A stretch of 64,000 nt of DNA from the human T2T-CHM13v2.0 reference genome, Homo sapiens, in the NCBI RefSeq assembly GCF_009914755.1, contig NC_060936.1; one strand, written 5' to 3'. Shown here in pieces: positions 12,301 through 26,200 of the stretch. The notes beneath the pieces are model-generated. The model saw only the letters and a program-made list of their open reading frames with translations. It was not told where the DNA came from and did no database searches. The position numbers and the translations under genes were made by a program. Within the stretch, counting starts at the first letter, position 1. Every line of letters starts with the position of its first letter.

Positions 12301-15300
12301 TTTCTACCGTAGGCCTCAAAGCGCTTGAAATCTCCAGCTGCAAATTCCACAAAAAGGGTGTTTAACATCTGCTCTTCTAAAGGAAAGTTCAACTCTATGA
12401 GTTGAATACACACAGCACAAAGAAGTTACTGAGACTTCTCCTATCAAACATTATATGAAGAAATCCCGTTTCCAACGAAGGCCTCAAAGAGGTCCAAATA
12501 TCTGCTTGCAGACTTTACAGACAGAGTGTTTCCAAACTGCTCCATCAAAAGAAAGGTTAAACTCCTTGAGTTGAACACACACATCACAAAGTAGTTTCTG
12601 TGAATGATTCTGTCTAGTTTTTATACGAAGATGTTTCCTTTTCTACCTTTGGTCTCAAAGCGATTGAAATCTCCACATGGAAACTCCACCAAAAGAGTGT
12701 TTCAAATCTGCTCTTTCTGAAGGAAGGTTCAACTCTGTGAGTTGAATACACACACCACAAATAAGTTACTGAGAATTCTTCTGTGTAACATTATATGAGG
12801 AAATCCCGTTTCCAACGAAGGCCTCAAAGAGGTCCAAATATCCACTTGCAGACTTTACAAAGACAGTGTCTCCAAACTCCTCCATCAAAAGAAAGGTTAT
12901 ACTCTGTGAATTGAACGCACACATCACAAAGTAGTTTCTGAGAATGATTCTGTCTAGTTTTTATACGAAGATATTTCCTTTTCTACATTTGGCCTAAAAG
13001 CGCTTGAAATCTCCACCTGCAAATATCACAAAAAGAGGGTTTCACATCTGCTCTGTCTAAAGTACAGTTCACGTCTGTGAGTTGAATAGAGGCAACACAA
13101 AGAACTTACTCAGTATTCTTCTTTCTAGCGTTCTATGAAGAAATCCCGTTTCCAACGAAGGCCTCAAAGAAGTCAAATATCTGCTTGCAGACTTTACAGA
13201 CACAGTGTTTCCAAACTACTCTATGAAAAGAAAGCTTAAACTCCTTGAGTTGAACGCACACATCACAATGTAGTTTCTGAGAATGATTCTGTCTAGTTTT
13301 TATACGAAGATGTTTCCTTTTCTACATTTGGTCTCAAAGCGATTGAAATCTCCAACTGGAAACTGCACAAATAGGCTGTTTCAAATCTGCTCTGTCTAAA
13401 GGAAGGGTCAGCTCTGTGAGTTGAATACACACACCACAAATAAGTTACTGAGAATTCTTCTGTCGAACATTACAGGAAGAAATCCCGTTTCCAACGAAGG
13501 CCTCAAAGAGCTCCAAATATCCACTTGCAGACATTACAAACAGTGTGTTTCCCAACTGCTCCATCAAAAGAAAGGTTAAACTCTGTGAGCTGAACACACA
13601 CATCAAAAAGAAGTTTCTGTGAATGATTCTGTCTAGATTTTATAAGAAGATGTTTCCTTTTCTACCGTAGGCCTCAAAGCGCTTGAAATCTCCAGCTGCA
13701 AATTCCACAAAAAGGGTGTTTAACATCTGCTCTTCTAAAGGAAAGTTCAACTCTATGAGTTGAATACACACAGCACAAAGAAGTTACTGAGACTTCTCCT
13801 ATCAAACATTATATGAAGAAATCCCGTTTCCAACGAAGGCCTCAAAGAGGTCCAAATATCTGCTTGCAGACTTTACAGACAGAGTGTTTCCAAACTGCTC
13901 CATCAAAATAAAGGTTAAACTCCTTGAGTTGAACACACACATCACAAAGTAGTTTCTGTGAATGATTCTGTCTAGTTTTTATACGAAGATGTTTCCTTTT
14001 CTACCTTTGGTCTCAAAGCGATTGAAATCTCCACATGGAAACTCCACCAAAAGAGTGTTTCAAATCTGCTCTTTCTGAAGGAAGGTTCAACTCTGTGAGT
14101 TGAATACACACACCACAAATAAGTTACTGAGAATTCTTCTGTGTAACATTATATGAGGAAATCCCGTTTCCAACGAAGGCCTCAAAGAGGTCCAAATATC
14201 CACTTGCAGACTTTACAAAGACAGTGTCTCCAAACTCCTCCATCAAAAGAAAGGTTATACTCTGTGAATTGAACGCACACATCACAAAGTAGTTTCTGAG
14301 AATGATTCTGTCCAGTTTTTATACGAAGATATTTCCTTTACTACATTTGGCCTAAAAGCGCTTGAAATCTCCACCTGCAAATATCACAAAAAGAGGGTTT
14401 CACATCTGCTCTGTCTAAAGGACAGTTCACCTCTGTGAGTTGAATAGAGGCAACACAAAGAACTTACTCATTATTCTTCTTTCTAGCATTCTATGAAGAA
14501 ATCCCGTTTCCAACGAAGGCCCCAAAGAGGTCCAAATATCTGCTTGCAGACTTTACAGACAGAGTTTTTCGAAACTGCTCCATCAAAAGAAAGGTTAAAC
14601 TCCTTGAGTTGAACACACACATCACAAAGTAGTTTCTGAGAATGATTCTGTCTAGTTTTTATACGAAGATGTTTCCTTTTCTACCTTTGGTCTCAAAGCG
14701 ATTGAAATCTCCACATGGAAACTCCACAAAAAGAGTGTTTCAAATCTGCTCTTTGTGAAGGAAGGTTCAACTCTGTGAGTTGAATACACACACCACAAAT
14801 AAGTTACTGAGAATTCTTCTGTGTAACATTATATGAGGAAATCCCGTTTCCAACGAAGGCCTCAAAGAGGTCCAAATATCCACTTGCAGACTTTACAAAG
14901 ACAGTGTCTCCAAACTCCTCCATCAAAAGAAAGGTTATACTCTGTGAATTGAACGCACACATCACAAAGTAGTTTCTGAGAATGATTCTGTCTAGTTTTT
15001 ATACAAAGATATTTCCTTTTCTACATTTGGCCTAAAAGCGCTTGAAATCTCCACCTGCAAATATCACAAAAAGAGGGTTTCACATCTGCTCTGTCTAAAG
15101 GACAGTTCACCTCTGTGAGTTGAATAGAGGCAACACAAAGAACTTACTCAGTATTCTTCTTTCTAGCGTTCTATGAAGAAATCCCGTTTCCAACGAAGGC
15201 CTTAAGGAGGTCAAATATCTGCTTGCAGACTTTACAGACAGAGTGTTTCCAAACTACTCTATGAAAAGAAAGCTTAAACTCCTTGAGTTGAACGCGCACA

Positions 15301-17284
15301 TCACAAAGTAGTTTCTGAGAATGATTCTGTCTAGTTTTTATACGAAGATGTTTCCTTTTCTACATTTGGTCTCAAAGCGATTGAAATCTCCAACTGGAAA
15401 CTGCACAAATAGGGTGTTTCAAATCTGCTCTGTCTAAAGGAAGGTTCAACTCTGTGAGTTGAATACACACACCACAAATAAGTTACTGAGAATTCTTCTG
15501 TCGAACATTACTTGAAGAAATCCCGTTTCCAACGAAGGCCTCAAAGAGGTCCAAATATCCACTTGCAGACGTTACAAACAGAGTGTTTCCAAACTGCTCC
15601 ATCAAAAGAAAGGTTAAACTCTGTGAGCTGAACACACACATCAAAAAGAAGTTTCTGTGAATGATTCTGTCTAGATTTTATAAGAAGATGTTTCCTTTTC
15701 TACCGTAGGCCTCAAAGCGCTTGAAATCTCCAGCTGCAAATTCCACAAAAAGGGTGTTTAACATCTGCTCTTCTAAAGGAAAGTTCAACTCTATGAGTTG
15801 AATACACACAGCACAAAGAAGTTACTGAGACTTCTCCTATCAAACATTATATGAAGAAATCCCGTTTCCAACGAAGGCCTCAAAGAGGTCCAAATATCTG
15901 CTTGCAGACTTTACAGACAGAGTGTTTCCAAACTGCTCCATCAAAAGAAAGGTTAAACTCCTTGAGTTGAACACACACATCACAAAGTAGTTTCTGTGAA
16001 TGATTCTGTCTAGTTTTTATACGAAGATGTTTCCTTTTCTACCTTTGGTCTCAAAGCGATTGAAATCTCCACATGGAAACTCCACAAAAAGAGTGTTTCA
16101 AATCTGCTCTTTCTGAAGGAAGGTTCAACTCTGTGAGTTGAATACACACACCACAAATAAGTTACTGAGAATTCTTCTGTGTAACATTATATGAGGAAAT
16201 CCCGTTTCCAACGAAGGCCTCAAAGAGGTCCAAATATCCACTTGCAGACTTTACAAAGACAGTGTCTCCAAACTCTTCCATCAAAAGAAAGGTTATACTC
16301 TGTGAATTGAACGCACACATCACAAAGTAGTTTCTGAGAATGATTCTGTCTAGTTTTTATACGAAGATATTTCCTTTTCTACATTTGGCCTAAAAGCGCT
16401 TGAAATCTCCACCTGCAAATATCACAAAAAGAGGGTTTCACATCTGCTCTGTCTAAAGGACAGTTCACCTCTGTGAGTTGAATAGAGGCAACACAAAGAA
16501 CTTACTCAGTATTCTTCTTTCTAGCGTTCTATGAAGAAATCCCGTTTCCAACGAAGGCCTTAAGGAGGTCAAATATCTGCTTGCAGACTTTACAGACAGA
16601 GTGTTTCCAAACTACTCTATGAAAAGAAAGCTTAAACTCCTTGAGTTGAACGCGCACATCACAAAGTAGTTTCTGAGAATGATTCTGTCTAGTTTTTATA
16701 CGAAGATGTTTCCTTTTCTACATTTGGTCTCAAAGCTCTTGAAATCTCCAACTGGAAACTGCACAAATAGGGTGTTTCAAATCTGCTCTGTCTAAAGGAA
16801 GGTTCAACTCTGTGAGTTGAATACACACACCACAAATAAGTTACTGAGAATTCTTCTGTCGAACATTACTTGAAGAAATCCCGTTTCCAACGAAGGCCTC
16901 AAACAGGTCCAAATATCCACTTGCAGACGTTACAAACAGAGTGTTTCCAAACTGCTCCATTAAAAGAAAGGTTAAACTCTGTGAGCTGAACACACACATC
17001 AAAAAGAAGTTTCTGTGAATGATTCTGTCTAGATTTTATAAGAAGATGTTTCCTTTTCTACCGTAGGCCTCAAAGCGCTTGAAATCTCCAGCTGCAAATT
17101 CCACAAAAAGGGTGTTTAACATCTGCTCTTCTAAAGGAAAGTTCAACTCTATGAGTTGAATACACACAGCACAAAGAAGTTACTGAGACTTCTCCTATCA
17201 AACATTATATGAAGAAATCCCGTTTCCAACGAAGGCCTCAAAGAGGTCCAAATATCTGCTTGCAGACTTTACAGACAGAGTGTT

Positions 17285-20200
17285 TCCAAACTGCTCCATC
17301 AAAAGAAAGGTTAAACTCCTTGAGTTGAACACACACATCACAAAGTAGTTTCTGTGAATGATTCTGTCTAGTTTTTATACGAAGATGTTTCCTTTTCTAC
17401 CTTTGGTCTCAAAGCGATTGAAATCTCCACATGGAAACTCCACCAAAAGAGTGTTTCAAATCTGCTCTTTCTGAAGGAAGGTTCAACTCTGTGAGTTGAA
17501 TACACACACCACAAATAAGTTACTGAGAATTCTTCTGTGTAACATTATATGAGGAAATCCCGTTTCCAACGAAGGCCTCAAAGAGGTCCAAATATCCACT
17601 TGCAGACTTTACAAAGACAGTGTCTCCAAACTCCTCCATCAAAAGAAAGGTTATACTCTGTGAATTGAACGCACACATCACAAAGTAGTTTCTGAGAATG
17701 ATTCTGTCTAGTTTTTATACGAAGATATTTCCTTTTCTACATTTGGCCTAAAAGCGCTTGAAATCTCCACCTGCAAATATCACAAAAAGAGGGTTTCACA
17801 TCTGCTCTGTCTAAAGGACAGTTCACGTCTGTGAGTTGAATAGAGGCAACACAAAGAACTTACTCAGTATTCTTCTTTCTAGCGTTCTATGAAGAAATCC
17901 CGTTTCCAACGAAGGCCTCAAAGAAGTCAAATATCTGCTTGCAGACTTTACAGACAGAGTGTTTCCAAACTACTCTATGAAAAGAAAGCTTAAACTCCTT
18001 GAGTTGAACGCACACATCACAATGTAGTTTCTGAGAATGATTCTGTCTAGTTTTTATACGAAGATGTTTCCTTTTCTACATTTGGTCTCAAAGCGATTGA
18101 AATCTCCAACTGGAAACTGCACAAATAGGCTGTTTCAAATCTGCTCTGTCTAAAGGAAGGGTCAGCTCTGTGAGTTGAATACACACACCACAAATAAGTT
18201 ACTGAGAATTCTTCTGTCGAACATTACAGGAAGAAATCCCGTTTCCAACGAAGGCCTCAAAGAGGTCCAAATATCCACTTGCAGACATTACAAACAGTGT
18301 GTTTCCAAACTGCTCCATCAAAAGAAAGGTTAAACTCTGTGAGCTGAACACACACATCAAAAAGAAGTTTCTGTGAATGATTCTGTCTAGATTTTATAAG
18401 AAGATGTTTCCTTTTCTACCGTAGGCCTCAAAGCGCTTGAAATCTCCAGCTGCAAATTCCACAAAAAGGGTGTTTAACATCTGCTCTTCTAAAGGAAAGT
18501 TCAACTCTATGAGTTGAATACACACAGCACAAAGAAGTTACTGAGACTTCTCCTATCAAACATTATATGAAGAAATCCCGTTTCCAACGAAGGCCTCAAA
18601 GAGGTCCAAATATCTGCTTGCAGACTTTACAGACAGAGTGTTTCCAAACTGCTCCATCAAAAGAAAGGTTAAACTCCTTGAGTTGAACACACACATCACA
18701 AAGTAGTTTCTGTGAATGATTCTGTCTAGTTTTTATACGAAGATGTTTCCTTTTCTACCTTTGGTCTCAAAGCGATTGAAATCTCCACATGGAAACTCCA
18801 CCAAAAGAGTGTTTCAAATCTGCTCTTTCTGAAGGAAGGTTCAACTCTGTGAGTTGAATACACACACCACAAATAAGTTACTGAGAATTCTTCTGTGTAA
18901 CATTATATGAGGAAATCCCGTTTCCAACGAAGGCCTCAAAGAGGTCCAAATATCCACTTGCAGACTTTACAAAGACAGTGTCTCCAAACTCCTCCATCAA
19001 AAGAAAGGTTATACTCTGTGAATTGAACGCACACATCACAAAGTAGTTTCTGAGAATGATTCTGTCTAGTTTTTATACAAAGATATTACCTTTTCTACAT
19101 TTGGCCTAAAAGCGCTTGAAATCTCCACCTGCAAATATCACAAAAAGAGGGTTTCACATCTGCTCTGTCTAAAGGACAGTTCACCTCTGTGAGTTGAATA
19201 GAGGCAACACAAAGAACTTACTCAGTATTCTTCTTTCTAGCGTTCTATGAAGAAATCCCGTTTCCAACGAAGGCCTTAAAGAGGTCAAATATCTGCTTGC
19301 AGACTTTACAGACAGAGTGTTTCCAAACTACTCTATGAAAAGAAAGCTTAAACTCCTTGAGTTGAACGCACACATCACAAAGTAGTTTCTGAGAATGATT
19401 CTGTCTAGTTTTTATACGAAGATGTTTCCTTTTCTACATTTGGTCTCAAAGCGATTGAAATCTCCAACTGGAAACTGCACAAATAGGGTGTTTCAAATCT
19501 GCTCTGTCTAAAGGAAGGTTCAACTCTGTGAGTTGAATACACACACCACAAATAAGTTACTGAGAATTCTTCTGTCGAACATTACTTGAAGAAATCCCGT
19601 TTCCAACGAAGGCCTCAAAGAGGTCCAAATATCCACTTGCAGACGTTACAAACAGAGTGTTTCCAAACTGCTCCATCAAAAGAAAGGTTAAACTCTGTGA
19701 GCTGAACACACACATCAAAAAGAAGTTTCTGTGAATGATTCTGTCTAGATTTTATAAGAAGATGTTTCCTTTTCTACCGTAGGCCTCAAAGCGCTTGAAA
19801 TCTCCAGCTGCAAATTCCACAAAAAGGGTGTTTAACATCTGCTCTTCTAAAGGAAAGTTCAACTCTGTGAGTTGAATACACACAGCACAAAGAAGTTACT
19901 GAGACTTCTCCTATCAAACATTATATGAAGAAATCCCGTTTCCAACGAAGGCCTCAAAGAGGTCCAAATATCTGCTTGCAGACTTTACAGACAGTGTGTT
20001 TCCAAACTGCTCCATCAAAAGAAAGGTTAAACTCCTTGAGTTGAACACACACATCACAAAGTAGTTTCTGTGAATGATTCTGTCTAGTTTTTATACGAAG
20101 ATGTTTCCTTTTCTACCTTTGGTCTCAAAGCGATTGAAATCTCCACATGGAAACTCCACAAAAAGAGTGTTTCAAATCTGCTCTTTCTGAAGGAAGGTTC

Positions 20201-23200
20201 AACTCTGTGAGTTGAATACACACCCCACAAATAAGTTACTGGGAATTCTTCTGTGTAACATTATATGAGGAAATCCCGTTTCCAACGAAGGCCTTAAAGA
20301 GGTCCAAATATCCACTTGCAGACTTTACAAAGACAGTGTCTCCAAACTCCTCCATCAAAAGAAAGGTTATACTCTGTGAATTGAACGCACACATCACAAA
20401 GTAGTTTCTGAGAATGATTCTGTCTAGTTTTTATACGAAGATATTTCCTTTTCTACATTTGGCCTAAAAGCGCTTGAAATCTCCACCTGCAAATATCACA
20501 AAAAGAGGGTTTCACATCTGCTCTGTCTAAAGGACAGTTCACCTCTGTGAGTTGAATAGAGGCAACACAAAGAACTTACTCAGTATTCTTCTTTCTAGCA
20601 TTCTATGAAGAAATCCCGTTTCCAACGAAGGCCCCAAAGAGGTCCAAATATCTGCTTGCAGACTTTACAGACAGAGTTTTTCCAAACTGCTCCATCAATA
20701 GAAAGGTTAAACTCCTTGAGTTGAACACACACATCACAAAGTAGTTTCTGTGAATGATTCTGTCTAGTTTTTATAAGAAGATGTTTCCTTTTCTACCTTT
20801 GGTCTCAAAGCGATTGAAATCTCCACATGGAAACTCCACAAAAAGAGTGTTTCAAATCTGCTCTTTCTGAAGGAAGGTTCAACTCTGTGAGTTGAATACA
20901 CACACCACAAAGAAGTTACTGAGAATTCTTCTGTGTAACATTACATGAGGAAATCCCGTTTCCAACGAAGGCCTCAAAGAGGTCCAAATATCCACTTGCA
21001 GACTTTACAAAGACAGTGTCTCCAAACTCCTCCATCAAAAGAAAGGTTATACTCTGTGAATTGAACGCACACATCACAAAGTAGTTTCTGAGAATGATTC
21101 TGTCTAGTTTTTATACGAAGATATTTCCTTTTCTACATTTGGCCTAAAAGCGCTTGAAATCTCCACCTGCAAATATCACAAAAAGAGGGTTTCACATCTG
21201 CTCTGTCTAAAGGACAGTTCACCTCTGTGAGTTGAATAGAGGCAACACAAAGAACTTACTCAGTATTCTTCTTTCTAGCGTTCTATGAAGAAATCCCGTT
21301 TCCAACGAAGGCCTCAAAGAGGTCAAATATCTGCTTGCAGACTTTACAGACAGAGTGTTTCCAAACTACTCTATGAAAAGAAAGCTTAAACTCCTTGAGT
21401 TGAACGCACACATCACAAAGTAGTTTCTGAGAATGATTCTGTCTAGTTTTTATACGAAGATGTTTCCTTTTCTACATTTGGTCTCAAAGCGATTGAAATC
21501 TCCAACTGGAAACTGCACAAATAGGCTGTTTCAAATCTGCTCTGTCTAAAGGAAGGTTCAGCTCTGTGAGTTGAATACACACACCACAAATAAGTTACTG
21601 AGAATTCTTCTGTCGAACATTACAGGAAGAAATCCCGTTTCCAACGAAGGCCTCAAAGAGGTCCAAATATCCACTTGCAGACATTACAAACAGTGTGTTT
21701 CCCAACTGCTCCATCAAAAGAAAGGTTAAACTCTGTGAGCTGAACACACACATCAAAAAGAAGTTTCTGTGAATGATTCTGTCTAGATTTTATAAGAAGA
21801 TGTTTCCTTTTCTACCGTAGGCCTCAAAGCGCTTGAAATCTCCAGCTGCAAATTCCACAAAAAGGGTGTTTAACATCTGCTCTTCTAAAGGAAAGTTCAA
21901 CTCTATGAGTTGAATACACACAGCACAAAGAAGTTACTGAGACTTCTCCTATCAAACATTATATGAAGAAATCCCGTTTCCAACGAAGGCCTCAAAGAGG
22001 TCCAAATATCTGCTTGCAGACTTTACAGAGAGTGTTTCCAAACTGCTCCATCAAAAGAAAGGTTAAACTCCTTGAGTTGAACACACACATCACAAAGTAG
22101 TTTCTGTGAATGATTCTGTCTAGTTTTTATACGAAGATGTTTCCTTTTCTACCTTTGGTCTCAAAGCGATTGAAATCTCCACATGGAAACTCCACAAAAA
22201 GAGTGTTTCAAATCTGCTCTTTCTGAAGGAAGGTTCAACTCTGTGAGTTGAATACACACACCACAAATAAGTTACTGAGAATTCTTCTGTGTAACATTAT
22301 ATGAGGAAATCCCGTTTCCAACGAAGGCGTCAAAGAGGTCCAAATATCCACTTGCAGACTTTACAAAGACAGTGTCTCCAAACTCCTCCATCAAAAGAAA
22401 GGTTATACTCTGTGAATTGAACGCACACATCACAAAGTAGTTTCTGAGAATGATTATGTCTAGTTTTTATACGAAGATATTTCCTTTTCTACATTTGGCC
22501 TAAAAGCGCTTGAAATCTCCACCTGCAAATATCACAAAAAGAGGGTTTCACATCTGCTCTGTCTAAAGGACAGTTCACCTCTGTGAGTTGAATAGAGGCA
22601 ACACAAAGAACTTACCCAGTATTCTTCTTTCTAGCATTCTATGAAGAAATCCCGTTTCCAACGAAGGCCCCAAAGAGGTCCAAATATCTGCTTGCAGACT
22701 TTACAGACAGAGTTTTTCCAAACTGCTCCATCAAAAGAAAGGTTAAACTCCTTGAGTTGAACACACACATCACAAAGTAGTTTCTGTGAATGATTCTGTC
22801 TAGTTTTTATAAGAAGATGTTTCCTTTTCTACCTTTGGTCTCAAAGCGATTGAAATCTCCACATGGAAACTCCTCAAAAAGAGTGTTTCAAATCTGCTCT
22901 TTCTGAAGGAAGGTTCAACTCTGTGAGTTGAATACACACACCACAAATAAGTTACTGAGAATTCTTCTGTGTAACATTATATGAGGAAATCCCGTTTCCA
23001 ACGAAGGCCTCAAAGAGGTCCAAATATCCACTTGCAGACTTTACAAAGACAGTGTCTCCAAACTCCTCCATCAAAAGAAAGGTTATACTCTGTGAATTGA
23101 ACGCACACATCACAAAGTAGTTTCTGAGAATGATTCTGTCTAGTTTTTATACGAAGATATTTCCTTTTCTACATTTGGCCTAAAAGCGCTTGAAATCTCC

Positions 23201-26200
23201 ACCTGCAAATATCACAAAAAGAGGGTTTCACATCTGCTCTGTCTAAAGGACAGTTCACCTCTGTGAGTTGAATAGAGGCAACACAAAGAACTTACTCAGT
23301 ATTCTTCTTTCTAGCGTTCTATGAAGAAATCCCGTTTCCAACGAAGGCCTCAAAGAGGTCAAATATCTGCTTGCAGACTTTACAGACAGAGTGTTTCCAA
23401 ACTACTCTATGAAAAGAAAGCTTAAACTCCTTGAGTTGAACGCACACATCACAAAGTAGTTTCTGAGAATGATTCTGTCTAGTTTTTATACGAAGATGTT
23501 TCCTTTTCTACATTTGGTCTCAAAGCGATTGAAATCTCCAACTGGAAACTGCACAAATAGGCTGTTTCAAATCTGCTCTGTCTAAAGGAAGGTTCAGCTC
23601 TGTGAGTTGAATACACACACCACAAATAAGTTACTGAGAATTCTTCTGTCAAACATTACAGGAAGAAATCTCGTTTCCAACGAAGGCCTCAAAGAGGTCC
23701 AAATATCCACTTGCAGACATTACAAACAGTGTGTTTCCCAACTGCTCCATCAAAAGAAAGGTTAAACTCTGTGAGCTGAACACACACATCAAAAAGAAGT
23801 TTCTGTGAATGATTCTGTCTAGATTATATAAGAAGATGTTTCCTTTTCTACCGTAGGCCTCAAAGCGCTTGAAATCTCCAGCTGCAAATTCCACAAAAAG
23901 GGTGTTTAACATCTGCTCTTCTAAAGGAAAGTTCAACTCTATGAGTTGAATACACACAGCACAAAGAAGTTACTGAGACTTCTCCTGTCAAACATTATAT
24001 GAAGAAATCCCGTTTCCAACGAAGGCCTCAAAGAGGTCCAAATATCTGCTTGCAGACTTTACAGACAGAGTGTTTCTAAACTGCTCCATCAAAAGAAAGG
24101 TTAAACTCCTTGAGTTGAACACACACATCACAAAGTAGTTTCTGTGAATGATTCTGTCTAGTTTTTATACGAAGATGTTTCCTTTTCTACATTTGGTCTC
24201 AAAACTCTTGAAATCTCCAACTGGAAACTGCACAAATAGGGTGTTTCAAATCTGCTCTGTCTAAAGGAAGGTTCAACTCTGTGAGTTGAATACACACACC
24301 ACAAATAAGTTACTGAGAATTCTTCTGTCGAACATTACTTGAAGAAATCCCGTTTCCAACGAAGGCCTCAAAGAGGTCCAAATATCCACTTGCAGACGTT
24401 ACAAACAGAGTGTTTCCAAACTGCTCCATCAAAAGAAAGGTTAAACTCTGTGAGCTGAACACACACATCAAAAAGAAGTTTCTGTGAATGATTCTGTCTA
24501 GATTTTATAAGAAGATGTTTCCTTTTCTACCGTAGGCCTCAAAGCGCTTGAAATCTCCAGCTGCAAATTCCACAAAAAGGGTGTTTAACATCTGCTCTTC
24601 TAAAGGAAAGTTCAACTCTATGAGTTGAATACACACAGCACAAAGAAGTTACTGAGACTTCTCCTATCAAACATTATATGAAGAAATCCCGTTTCCAACG
24701 AAGGCCTCAAAGAGGTCCAAATATCTGCTTGCAGACTTTACAGACAGAGTGTTTCCAAACTGCTCCATCAAAAGAAAGGTTAAACTCCTTGAGTTGAACA
24801 CACACATCACAAAGTAGTTTCTGTGAATGATTCTGTCTAGTTTTTATACGAAGATGTTTCCTTTTCTACCTTTGGTCTCAAAGCGATTGAAATCTCCACA
24901 TGGAAACTCCACCAAAAGAGTGTTTCAAATCTGCTCTTTCTGAAGGAAGGTTCAACTCTGTGAGTTGAATACACACACCACAAATAAGTTACTGAGAATT
25001 CTTCTGTGTAACATTATATGAGGAAATCCCGTTTCCAACGAAGGCCTCAAAGAGGTCCAAATATCCACTTGCAGACTTTACAAAGACAGTGTCTCCAAAC
25101 TCCTCCATCAAAAGAAAGGTTATACTCCGTGAATTGAACGCACACATCACAAAGTAGTTTCTGAGAATGATTCTGTCTAGTTTTTATACAAAGATATTAC
25201 CTTTTCTACATTTGGCCTAAAAGCGCTTGAAATCTCCACCTGCAAATATCACAAAAAGAGGGTTTCACATCTGCTCTGTCTAAAGGACAGTTCACCTCTG
25301 TGAGTTGAATAGAGGCAACACAAAGAACTTACTCAGTATTCTTCTTTCTAGCGTTCTATGAAGAAATCCCGTTTCCAACGAAGGCCTTAAAGAGGTCAAA
25401 TATCTGCTTGCAGACTTTACAGACAGAGTGTTTCCAAACTACTCTATGAAAAGAAAGCTTAAACTCCTTGAGTTGAACGCACACATCACAAAGTAGTTTC
25501 TGAGAATGATTCTGTCTAGTTTTTATACGAAGATGTTTCCTTTTCTACATTTGGTCTCAAAGCGATTGAAATCTCCAACTGGAAACTGCACAAATAGGGT
25601 GTTTCAAATCTGCTCTGTCTAAAGGAAGGTTCAACTCTGTGAGTTGAATACACACACCACAAATAAGTTACTGAGAATTCTTCTGTCGAACATTACTTGA
25701 AGAAATCCCGTTTCCAACGAAGGCCTCAAAGAGGTCCAAATATCCACTTGCAGACGTTACAAACAGAGTGTTTCCAAACTGCTCCATCAAAAGAAAGGTT
25801 AAACTCTGTGAGCTGAACACACACATCAAAAAGAAGTTTCTGTGAATGATTCTGTCTAGATTTTATAAGAAGATGTTTCCTTTTCTACCGTAGGCCTCAA
25901 AGCGCTTGAAATCTCCAGCTGCAAATTCCACAAAAAGGGTGTTTAACATCTGCTCTTCTAAAGGAAAGTTCAACTCTGTGAGTTGAATACACACAGCACA
26001 AAGAAGTTACTGAGACTTCTCCTATCAAACATTATATGAAGAAATCCCGTTTCCAACGAAGGCCTCAAAGAGGTCCAAATATCTGCTTGCAGACTTTACA
26101 GACAGTGTGTTTCCAAACTGCTCCATCAAAAGAAAGGTTAAACTCCTTGAGTTGAACACACACATCACAAAGTAGTTTCTGTGAATGATTCTGTCTAGTT

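Noticed and set aside
23649-23957. 102-aa ORF on the - strand
   Set aside because: It is a translation of alpha satellite. It depends on the private SNV at 23826 removing a stop, and the near-identical copies at 29.8, 43.4, 55.6 and 61.7 kb give no such ORF in the track.
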